Source: Vulcanimicrobiota bacterium (GTDB lineage: Bacteria; Vulcanimicrobiota; Xenobia; Xenobiales; JADMJV01). From it: DNA of 64,000 bases. The notes beneath the pieces are model-generated. The model ran no database searches. It worked only from the letters and a program-made list of their open reading frames with translations, and was not told the origin of the DNA. The first letter of the stretch is position 1, and every line of letters begins with the position of its first letter. The translations under genes were made by a program, and so were the position numbers. The stretch covers positions 599,659 to 663,658 of the forward strand of contig JBFWNU010000002.1 of NCBI GenBank assembly GCA_050250895.1, given 5' to 3'. Positions 49,988-58,037 of the stretch are shown here, one piece after another.

Positions 49988-50950
49988 ATGCGAGAACTCT
50001 CGCTCGAGGACCTGAGCCGAGAGCATGCTCGGTTCGACCAGGCGGCTCTGGCTACTCCCGAAATCGATGCCTTCTGCTCATCGACGGCCTGGATCTTGCC
50101 CGCCGATCGGGCCTTCTCGCCCGGTCGCGATCCCTTTCTGTTCGAGACCGACGCCGGCTACATCGCCTTCATGCGCTCACGCGACCCGCGGGGTTGGGAT
50201 GTGCTCAACCCTTTGGAGTCATCCTGGCTGCTGGCCACGCCGCTGGTCGGCGGCGACCCTCAGGCCTTGTTCGCCCGCTTTGCGCGAATCGTGCCCCAGG
50301 CGGTGACCATGGTCTGTCTGTCGGGCGTGGCCCCCGACGGCATCCTGGCTAAAGCCCTGCAGGAGCAGAACCGCTTTTCGATCCACCCCGGCCCGCCCAC
50401 GGTTCGCCACCTTTTCTCGCTCGAAGACGGTCTGGAAGGCTTCTTGGCACGGCGCTCAGCCCAGTTTCGGTCGCGCTTGCGACGAGCCCGAAAACGGTTC
50501 GCGCGAGAAGGCTTCGATTGGGAATCGTTTGATCCGTCTCTGACCCCCGCCGCCCTCTACGAGCGCATCATCGCCATCGAACGCACCAGCTGGAAGGGTC
50601 TGCGCCGGGTGGGCATCGACAGCGGAGACATGAATCGCTTCTATCGCCTGATGGTTGCGCGACTCATGGCCGACAATCACTTGCGGCTGCTGTTTCTCAC
50701 TCGCGAGGGAGAGGATGTCGCTTATATTCTCGGCGGCGTGCTCGGCGCGACCTTTCGGGGGCTGCAGTTCAGCTTTCGCCATGACCTCGAGGACTACAGC
50801 CTGGGCAACGTCAGCCAGAGCCTGATGGTCGAGCAGCTGTGCCAGGAGGGCCTCCGCTATTATGACCTCGGCACCGATATCGCCTATAAGCGGCGCTGGG
50901 CCGACTATCAGCAGGTGACGCTGACCTATCTTCTGGTCACAAATCGTTAA
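49988..50950 (+). CDS. GNAT-family protein (CelD/BcsL-like)
   Basis: S.G....and YDLG....YK..W motifs. Confidence 0.8.
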   Translation: MRELSLEDLSREHARFDQAALATPEIDAFCSSTAWILPADRAFSPGRDPFLFETDAGYIAFMRSRDPRGWDVLNPLESSWLLATPLVGGDPQALFARFARIVPQAVTMVCLSGVAPDGILAKALQEQNRFSIHPGPPTVRHLFSLEDGLEGFLARRSAQFRSRLRRARKRFAREGFDWESFDPSLTPAALYERIIAIERTSWKGLRRVGIDSGDMNRFYRLMVARLMADNHLRLLFLTREGEDVAYILGGVLGATFRGLQFSFRHDLEDYSLGNVSQSLMVEQLCQEGLRYYDLGTDIAYKRRWADYQQVTLTYLLVTNR

Positions 50951-50974
50951 AATCTTGTTTACGTAAGGTTAACA
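50947..50974 (+). promoter_or_regulatory. triple 11-bp-period box TTAAAA-N5-TTTACG-N5-TTAACA
   Basis: 57 nt upstream of the PilZ gene start. Confidence 0.5.
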
Positions 50975-51031
50975 AAAATCGCCTAGATGGTCCGTTCCTG
51001 CGCGGGATACTCAACTTGGAGGAACTGTGCC

Positions 51032-51370
51032 GTGACCAATGCTCTCAATCGCCGCTCCAGTCCACGCCTCGACCGAGTGGTTCCCGTTCACTATCGCTCC
51101 AATACCAACTCTCTAGCCTACACCCGCAGCTTTGCCCTCGACCTTTCGGCCGATGGTGCCCGCATTGTCACCCACGAAGACGAAGACCCGGGCATCTGTT
51201 TCAAGATGACCCTCACCCTGGGAGACGGCCAGACCCTGACCGTCGAGGGAGAACGCGTCTGGGAACGTCCTATTGACAACGGCCGATGCAAACTCGTAGG
51301 CGTAGCCTTCCTCTCCACGGGCCTGGGTGGGCACACCGCTCTTTCCCGGTGGATTACGGCCAATTCTTAG
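51032..51370 (+). CDS. single-domain PilZ protein
   Basis: RRSSPR and DLSADG motifs; GGAGG RBS before GTG 51032. Confidence 0.85.
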   Translation: MTNALNRRSSPRLDRVVPVHYRSNTNSLAYTRSFALDLSADGARIVTHEDEDPGICFKMTLTLGDGQTLTVEGERVWERPIDNGRCKLVGVAFLSTGLGGHTALSRWITANS

Positions 51371-51411
51371 GGTTCGCAGGTTCTTGAGGCCCCGGTAAGG
51401 AACCGGGGCCT

Positions 51412-53037
51412 ATGTCTCAGAAACCGAACTACACAGACGTCGTTCATGACCTCGTTCGCCAGGCTGAGGAACCCCTCAAACTCGACGAGATGATCGCGGC
51501 TCTCGAAGCCGACAAAGACTTCGACTCCAAGAATCCGCGTTCGACCGTTCGTTCCATCGTTCGCACCAGCGGATTGATTCGGTCCGTAGGAGGCAGTCGC
51601 TTTGGCTGGTTGCCTCATCTGATTCGCGGGGCTCGACTTCGTCACGTGTTGTCCTTTCACGACTTCGAAGTGCGGGCCCTGACCTGGGACTATGACCTGC
51701 AGATGGCCCTGTGGCCGGCTATTCACGAGCCCGAGAAGCGCCGCGACGACGGCCCCATCAAACTCGCCCTCGAAAACGGACCCGAACTCGAGGTGCCCGC
51801 CGAAGAGGTCGATAAGAGCCTGCGCAGCCCGCTGGGACCAGAGTTCTGGGCCTGGCTCTCGGAAAACCGGGCCGAGCCCGGCGACCATCTCATCGTCACT
51901 GTCGAAGAGCCCGCCGAGAAGCTCTTTCGAGTGGCCCATCGGGCCCGGGCCAAGCGCAATCTCGACCTGATCCAAGAGCGCAACCGCGCTGCCAAGCGCG
52001 AAATCAACAAGTATCTGGGCACTCGTCGCGGCAAGACCGCCCCTCCCCTCGAGGTGGCCGGGGCCCTGCTGGCGCTGGGCTTTTACAACGATTCCACCCC
52101 TCCCTTCGGTCTGTCCAACCTGCTGCCCGAAAATTTGATGGAGGAGTACGGCCCGGCCGTACCCCTCGAAGGCGAAGACTACGAGACGCGCTCGAACGTC
52201 ATTCCCTTTCCCAACCGCGGCCGCCAACTCGATGACGAAGAGGACGAATCCGAGAACGGCCACGACCCCCATCCCTCGTTCGAGATCCACGTGCCCGCCC
52301 ACACCGGCCTCGAGTTACCCGACACCGAGAGCTACCAAAAGGCTCTCAACAGTCTGGCCGACTGCGAAGAGGTCTCTCCGGCCCTGGCCCTGCACACCCT
52401 CGAACTCTCGCGCGTGTGCTCGCCGGCCTACGCGCTACTCTCGCGCACGTCCGACTACGAGAACGAGTCGCTCGAACTGGCCGGCCAGGCCGTGGTGGCC
52501 GCCGAGCGCCGCCTGGCTCATACCATCATCGAGGCCGTCGTCTCGGGGGCCGAGATCAACATCGAAGAACCGATGGACCACTATCTCGAGGCCCGCAGCT
52601 TCCTAGCTCGAGCCCTGTGGATGGCCCAGGAAGACGACGCCGCCGTCGAACAGGCCGTGCACTGCTTCGAACTGGCCCCCGACGACCCCGGCATCCGCGA
52701 GGACCTGTTCGTCATGCTGCTCGACACCGACCGCGGCGAACTCGTGCTGGACCTGCTCGAACGTTTCCCCTCGCAGAGCGTGACCGAGAATCTCTACCAT
52801 CCGGCCCTGGTGAAACTGCTGGTCGACCCGGCCGACAAAGAGGCCGTTAAGTTCTTGCGCAAAGCCATCAAACACAACCCCTATCTGGCCAGCCTGCTGC
52901 TCGGCGAAGAGCCGAAGAAGGCCAAGAAATCGCAGGTCGACGAGGCGGAAGCCTACGAAGCCGCCTACGGCCACCTCTGGCGCCGCGAAGACGCCATTTT
53001 CGACACGCTGGAAGAGACGCTTTTGGCCCGCCGGTAA
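51412..53037 (+). CDS. hypothetical protein with a wHTH-like N-terminus and TPR-like C-terminus
   Basis: 541-aa ORF with strong coding bias; acidic linker; helical repeats. Confidence 0.75.
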   Translation: MSQKPNYTDVVHDLVRQAEEPLKLDEMIAALEADKDFDSKNPRSTVRSIVRTSGLIRSVGGSRFGWLPHLIRGARLRHVLSFHDFEVRALTWDYDLQMALWPAIHEPEKRRDDGPIKLALENGPELEVPAEEVDKSLRSPLGPEFWAWLSENRAEPGDHLIVTVEEPAEKLFRVAHRARAKRNLDLIQERNRAAKREINKYLGTRRGKTAPPLEVAGALLALGFYNDSTPPFGLSNLLPENLMEEYGPAVPLEGEDYETRSNVIPFPNRGRQLDDEEDESENGHDPHPSFEIHVPAHTGLELPDTESYQKALNSLADCEEVSPALALHTLELSRVCSPAYALLSRTSDYENESLELAGQAVVAAERRLAHTIIEAVVSGAEINIEEPMDHYLEARSFLARALWMAQEDDAAVEQAVHCFELAPDDPGIREDLFVMLLDTDRGELVLDLLERFPSQSVTENLYHPALVKLLVDPADKEAVKFLRKAIKHNPYLASLLLGEEPKKAKKSQVDEAEAYEAAYGHLWRREDAIFDTLEETLLARR

Positions 53038-53340
53038 GCTCGCTTCGCTCACGGGGAGCGCACGCTTCGCTCACGGGGAGCGCTCGCTTCGCTCACGGGA
53101 GAAGGAGCTCTCGCTTCGCTTGAGGGAAAAGGAGCGGCCCTTCGGGCCGGGATAAGAAGCGTCGGTCGCTACCGCTCCCTCCGAGATATGTGTTTCTACG
53201 CTCTCCTTGTCGACGCGCAGCGTCGAGGTCTCCGCGCGAAGCGCTCGGCTCCTTTTCCCGCCGACGCAGTCGGCGCTCCCTGTCGACGCGCAGCGTCGAG
53301 AACTCCGCGAAGCGTCTCCCTGTCGGCCAACGGCCGACCT
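53038..53340. repeat. bipolar hairpin repeat element, copy A
   Basis: left arm of 22-27-bp GCTCGCTTCGCTCACGGGGAGC units, 50-bp core at 53149-53198, about 1.5 right-arm 73-bp units. Confidence 0.92.
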
Positions 53341-53723
53341 CAACGAGACGCCGCTCCCTCATTTCGCAGGCGTCTTACCAGGCCATTGAGGAGCCTCCGA
53401 ACCTCGGCCATGCAACCCACTGTCGGGCCCAGTTCTCGGCGCTCGAGGTAGCCCAGGCGTATGGCCAGGTCGAGTAGAGTGTCGACCTCGGCCAAGCTCC
53501 CGAGTGCAATGTTCAAATGGAAGGCGAAGGCGCCTGAGGAGTTTCGAGCTTGGCCTTCAGCGATGTTGGCGGCTATGGACACACTGGCCCGCTGAATCTG
53601 AGAGGTGAGACCGAACATCTCGCTTCTGGGAAAGCGTTCGGACAAGCGGTAAATCAAAGGAGCTAGCTCCATGGCCCGTTGCCAGACCGCAAGTTTCTTA
53701 TAAGGTAAAGATTGCCTCCCCAC
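53340..53723 (-). CDS. four-helix-bundle protein (TIGR02436 / 23S-rRNA-IVP / Avd-like)
   Basis: YKKL.VWQ.A, FP..E.FGLTSQ..RA.VSI.ANIAEG..R and A.GSL.E motifs; start placed at GTG 53723. Confidence 0.92.
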   Translation of the reverse strand: MGRQSLPYKKLAVWQRAMELAPLIYRLSERFPRSEMFGLTSQIQRASVSIAANIAEGQARNSSGAFAFHLNIALGSLAEVDTLLDLAIRLGYLERRELGPTVGCMAEVRRLLNGLVRRLRNEGAASR

Positions 53724-53767
53724 TTCTTCGACACCCTGAGATCGCGTCCCGTCGAACGTCTGTCCAG

Positions 53768-54426
53768 GCGCTCGCTTCGCTCGCGGGAAAGGAGCGCTCG
53801 CTGCGCTCACGGGAAAAGGAGCTCTCGCTTCGCTTGAGGGAAAAGGAGCGGCCCTTTGGGCCGGGATAAGAAGCGTCGGTCGCTACCGCTCCCTCCGAGA
53901 TAGGTGTTTCTAGCGGCGTCAGCTGCTCTCCCTGTCGACGCGCAGCGTCGAGAACTCCGCGCGAAGCACTCGGCTCCTTTTCCCGCCGACGCAGTCGGCG
54001 CTCCCTGTCGACGCGCAGCGTCGAGGTCTCCGCGCGAAGCGCTCGGCTCCTTTTCCCGCCGACGCAGTCGGCGCTCCCTGTCGACGCGCAGCGTCGAGGT
54101 CTCCGCGCGAAGCGCTCGGCTCCTTTTCCCGCCGACGCAGTCGGCGCTCCCCGTCGACGCGCAGCGTCGAGGTCTCCGCGCGAAGCGCTCGGCTCCTTTT
54201 CCCGCCGACGCAGTCGGCGCTCCTCGCCGACGCGACAGCGTCGAGAACTCCGCGCGAAGCGCTCGGCTCCTTTTCCCGCCGACGCAGTCAGCGCTCCTCG
54301 CCGACGCGACAGCGTCGAGAACTCCGGGCGAAGCCCACGGCTCCTTTTCCCGCCGACGCAGTCGGCGCTCCCTGTCGATGCGGAGCGGCGAAATCTCAGC
54401 CGCAGGCTGCTCCCTGTCAGGCCGAC
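53768..54426. repeat. bipolar hairpin repeat element, copy B
   Basis: left arm, core at 53863-53912, right-arm units starting at 53928, 54001, 54074, 54147, 54220, 54294 and 54368 (73-74-bp period). Confidence 0.95.
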
Positions 54427-56835
54427 CTACCAGAGCTGCGCGCGCTGCTCTTCGGGAAGGGTCATCGGCTCGTTCGAGTCGACGCCGAAGGCAGCCGCGA
54501 AGGCCGGGGTGTTCTTCAGGGTCTGGTTGACGCGGAAGGGGGCGACCGGGTGGGGATCGGTCTGGACCTGCTGGCGCACGTATTCGGGACGAGCGTTGGT
54601 GGCCCAGATCTGGCCGAAGCCCTGGAAGAAGCGTTGCTCGGGGGTAAAGCCCTCGACTTTGGCGTCGAAGCTCGAGCCGGCCAGCGAGTTTTGCAGCGCC
54701 GTCAGGCTCAGATTTACGCCACCCAGGTCAGCCAGCGACTCGCCCAGCACCAGGTCGCCGTTGAGGTGCAGGCCGGGTTCGACCTCGTAGTTGTTGGCCT
54801 GGGTCTTGATCACACCGGCGCGCTCTTCGAACTTGGCCAGGTCTTCTTCGGTCCACCAGTTGCGCAGGTTGCCCTGGGCATCGAACTGGGCTCCGCTATC
54901 GTCGAAGCCGTGGGTGAATTCGTGGCCGATGACCACGCCGATGCCGCCGTAGTTGATGGGGTCGTCGGCGTTGGCGTCGAAGAAGGGCGGTTGCAGGATC
55001 GCGGCCGGGAAGACGATCTCGTTGGCCAGCGGGTTGTAGTAGGCGTTGACCATGGCCGGGCTCATGTGCCACTCGCTGCGGTCGACCGGCTTGCCGATCT
55101 TCTCGAGGTCTTCGTGGGCGCCGAAGGCACGGCTGCGGAGCACGTTGTTGGCATAGGCGCTACGGTCGACGGCCAGTCCGTCGTAGGTGGGCCACTCGTC
55201 AGGATAGCCGACTTTAACGGCCACCGTCGACAGCTTTTCGAGGGCCTGCTTCTTGGTCTCGTCGCTCATCCAGTCGAGCGAGCGAATGTGCTGGCCGATG
55301 GCCCCGCGAATGTTTTCGATCATCTCCTCGGCGCGGGCTTTGGCTTCGGGCGGGAAGGCGCGCTCGACGTAGGCTTTGCCCAGGGCCATGCCGAGGGTGC
55401 CGGCGGTGGCCTCCGAGATGCGCTTCCAGCGAGGCGGGCGCTGCTCGACGCCGCGCAGGGTCTTGCCGTAGAAGTCGAAGTCTTGCTCGTCGAACCGGGC
55501 CGGCAGGGCGCTGGCGGTCGAGTTGAGGACGTTCCACTGCAGGTAAGCTTTCCAGTCGTCGACGGGGGTGTCGACCAGGGCCGTGTCGAGAGCCTGGAAG
55601 AAGCGAGGTGTGCCCATGTTGAGGGTTTCGAGACTGTCTAGTCCGCGCGTTCCGAGATAGTTGTTCCAGTTGAAATTGGGGGTCAGCGCGTTGAGTTCGT
55701 CGCGGTTCATGATGTGATAGGTGGCGTCGGGATCGCGCATCTCGGCGCGGTCGAGCGACGCTTCGGCCAGGCGAGTCTCGATGGCCATCACCTTCTCGGC
55801 TTTGGTGGCGGCGGTTTGCTGGTCGTCACCCATCAGTTCGAACATCTTGCCGATGTGAGCCTGGTAGGCCTGGCGGATGCTGATCGACTTCTCGTCTTGC
55901 TTGGTGTAATAGGCTTTTCCGGGCAGGCCCAGCCCGCCCTGGTAAGCGGCGGCGATGGTCTGGGTGCTGTTCTTGTAGTCTTCGGTCGAGCCGAACTCGA
56001 AAAAGCCCGGCATGCCCTGGTTGTGGAAGTCGGCGATGGCGGTCTGCAGCGAGGCGGCGTCGGTGATCGAGGCGATGCGATCGAGCATCGGCTGGACCGG
56101 GGTCAAGCCGGCGGCCTCGATGGTGGCGGTGTCCATTCCGCTGTAGTAGAAGTCGCCCAGCTTCTGCTCGACCGAGCCCTGGGTGAAGTCGTCACGCGAG
56201 GCGTACTCTTCGAGGATCTCTTTTTGGATGGCCGTGCTGGCGTCGCGCAGTTCGTTGAAGCGGCCCCAGCGGGACTGGTCCGAAGGGATGGGATTGTTGG
56301 CCAACCAGCCTCCGTTGACGTGCTGATAGAAGTCGTCCTGGGCGCGGGTGTTGGTGTCACGATTGCCCAGGTCAAAGCCGGTGCCGGGCACCGACTGGGC
56401 GCCGGTCATGGCGATGTCGCGCAGGGTGGTCAGGTAGGCGGCGCCGGCGCCGCTACCGTGGGAAGAGCTGATATCGAGAATCTCCTGAGCTTTGGAAGCC
56501 GCCTGAGGATCAAACGTCTGGCCGGCCAGGGCCTGCAGATAGACCTTGCCGACGGTGGCGCGGCTGGCGGGAGTGTCCTTTTGTTCGACCGAGCGCACGC
56601 CCTGCTGGGCCAGCACGACCGCTAAGGGACCCTGCAGCCCGCTCGAGAGGGCGACTTTGACGGCGGTTTGCTGGGCGGTGTCGGCCAGCGAAGCGGCCGG
56701 GGTCGAAGGAGGGGCCTGACTCTTTGAGGCTTCGAAGCTGTCGGCCGCCGGGGCCGCTTCGGGCTGGGCTTGGGCGGCGGGTGCCGCGGCTGCTCGGGTA
56801 GTAGGGACGTAGGTGTTCAGGCCAATGATTTTCAC
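54427..56835 (-). CDS. M13-family (neprilysin/PepO-like) metallopeptidase with an N-terminal extension
   Basis: DDFY..VNG.W, VNAYY, FPAAILQPPFF, HEFTH, GE..AD.GG and DPH motifs; GGAGG RBS before GTG 56835. Confidence 0.93.
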   Translation of the reverse strand: MKIIGLNTYVPTTRAAAAPAAQAQPEAAPAADSFEASKSQAPPSTPAASLADTAQQTAVKVALSSGLQGPLAVVLAQQGVRSVEQKDTPASRATVGKVYLQALAGQTFDPQAASKAQEILDISSSHGSGAGAAYLTTLRDIAMTGAQSVPGTGFDLGNRDTNTRAQDDFYQHVNGGWLANNPIPSDQSRWGRFNELRDASTAIQKEILEEYASRDDFTQGSVEQKLGDFYYSGMDTATIEAAGLTPVQPMLDRIASITDAASLQTAIADFHNQGMPGFFEFGSTEDYKNSTQTIAAAYQGGLGLPGKAYYTKQDEKSISIRQAYQAHIGKMFELMGDDQQTAATKAEKVMAIETRLAEASLDRAEMRDPDATYHIMNRDELNALTPNFNWNNYLGTRGLDSLETLNMGTPRFFQALDTALVDTPVDDWKAYLQWNVLNSTASALPARFDEQDFDFYGKTLRGVEQRPPRWKRISEATAGTLGMALGKAYVERAFPPEAKARAEEMIENIRGAIGQHIRSLDWMSDETKKQALEKLSTVAVKVGYPDEWPTYDGLAVDRSAYANNVLRSRAFGAHEDLEKIGKPVDRSEWHMSPAMVNAYYNPLANEIVFPAAILQPPFFDANADDPINYGGIGVVIGHEFTHGFDDSGAQFDAQGNLRNWWTEEDLAKFEERAGVIKTQANNYEVEPGLHLNGDLVLGESLADLGGVNLSLTALQNSLAGSSFDAKVEGFTPEQRFFQGFGQIWATNARPEYVRQQVQTDPHPVAPFRVNQTLKNTPAFAAAFGVDSNEPMTLPEEQRAQLW

Positions 56836-56890
56836 TGCTTCCTCCAGTAGACTTCTGTGGGCCCACCGTATGACGCTGGAGGATGCTTTT

Positions 56891-56918
56891 CGTTGCCTTC
56901 TTGTTACAACTATGTCAG
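56891..56918 (-). promoter_or_regulatory. triple 11-bp-period box CTGACA-N5-GTAACA-N5-GCAACG
   Basis: 55 nt upstream of the M13 start on the minus strand. Confidence 0.5.
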
Positions 56919-56922
56919 GGTT

Positions 56923-57594
56923 GCTCGCTGCGCTCGCCGGGGAGCGCTCGCTTCGCTCACGGGGAGCGCTCGCTTCGCTCACGGGGAGCGCTCGCTTCGC
57001 TCACGGGAGAAGGAGCTCTCGCTTCGCTCGAGGGAAAGGAGCGGCACTTCGGGCCGGGATAAGAAGCGTCGGTCGCTACCGCTCCCTCCGAGATATGTGT
57101 TTCTAGCGGCGTCAGCCGCTCTCCCTGTCGACGCGCAGCGTCGCGAACTCCGCGCGAAGCGCCCGGCTCCTTCTCCCGCCGACGCAGTCGGCGCTCCCTG
57201 TCGACGCGAAAGCGTCGAGGTCTCTGCGAAGCGGCTCCTTTTCCCGCCGACGCAGTCGGCGCTCCCTGTCGACGCGAAAGCGTCGAGGTCTCTGCGAAGC
57301 GGCTCCTTTTCCCGCCGACGCAGTCGGCGCTCCCTGTCGACGCGCAGCGTCGAGAACTCCGCGCGAAGCGCCCGGCTCCTTTTCCCGCCGACGCAGTCGG
57401 CGCTCCCTGTCGACGCGCAGCGTCGAGAACTCCGCGCGAAGCGCCCGGCTCCTTCTCCCGCCGACGCAGTCGGCGCTCCCTGTCGACGCGCAGCGTCGAG
57501 AACTCCGCGCGAAGCGCCCGGCTCCTTCTCCCGCCGACGCAGTCGGCGCTCCCTGTCGACGCGACAGCGTCGAGAGCTCCGCGACGCGGCTCCC
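56923..57594. repeat. bipolar hairpin repeat element, copy C
   Basis: five left-arm units, core at 57056-57105, right-arm units at 57121, 57194, 57262, 57330, 57403, 57476 and 57549 (68-73 bp). Confidence 0.95.
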
Positions 57595-57705
57595 CTAGAG
57601 AAGCCAGTAGTCGAATTGAGAGAAGATAAAGTCGATCCCGGCCAGGCTGGCCAGGGCCACCACGCAAAAACAGATATGAAGGTCGAGGAAACGTTTCTGT
57701 AGCAT
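57595..57705 (-). CDS. putative 36-aa single-TM peptide
   Basis: hand translation MLQKRFLDLHICFCVVALASLAGIDFIFSQFDYWLL*; the stop abuts the end of repeat C; not in the ORF track. Confidence 0.45.
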   Translation of the reverse strand: MLQKRFLDLHICFCVVALASLAGIDFIFSQFDYWLL

Positions 57706-57723
57706 CTTGAATTTCGTTCAACT

Positions 57724-57737
57724 AGAACATTTGTTCT
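57724..57737. promoter_or_regulatory. putative LexA box AGAACATTTGTTCT
   Basis: AGAAC-N4-GTTCT inverted repeat in a divergent intergenic region. Confidence 0.45.
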
Positions 57738-57788
57738 CCTCCCGGGCCGGGTGAAGGGGACTGAAACGCCCGTCCGGAATGGTGGGGG

Positions 57789-58037
57789 ATGAGCCGCCGA
57801 ACCTTCTACGGAAAAGTCCGAAGCATCCAAACTTATCGTCAAGACGAAGCCGTCTTGCGCCGGGTCTTCGTCAGTACCGGGCATCCCCGGGCCACTGCCG
57901 ACGCTACCCTCGAGATTCTCGAGCCCGACGGACTCGGGTCCGAGTTTCTGGCGGAACTCAAGCGCGCCCAGAATCACGGCTTTTCGGTTTCGGTGACCCT
58001 CGAAGGGTCGCAGATCGTAGACCTGCATGTCGACTGA
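57789..58037 (+). CDS. small hypothetical protein
   Basis: 82 aa; GGTGGGGG RBS; overlaps the next start codon. Confidence 0.6.
   Translation: MSRRTFYGKVRSIQTYRQDEAVLRRVFVSTGHPRATADATLEILEPDGLGSEFLAELKRAQNHGFSVSVTLEGSQIVDLHVD

Noticed and set aside
53340-53723. Diversity-generating retroelement (because the protein is Avd-like)
   Set aside because: No reverse transcriptase and no TR/VR pair differing at adenines is visible in the window
53071-54530. ORFs 53071-53343, 53093-53362, 53188-53451, 53190-53477 and 53904-54530
   Set aside because: They are translations of GC-rich repeat DNA, with the same peptides recurring in shifting frames because the 73-bp period is not a multiple of 3
53038-57594. 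CRISPR array interpretation of the tandem repeats
   Set aside because: Units are contiguous near-identical 22-27-bp or 68-74-bp repeats without unique spacers, and there are no cas genes in the window
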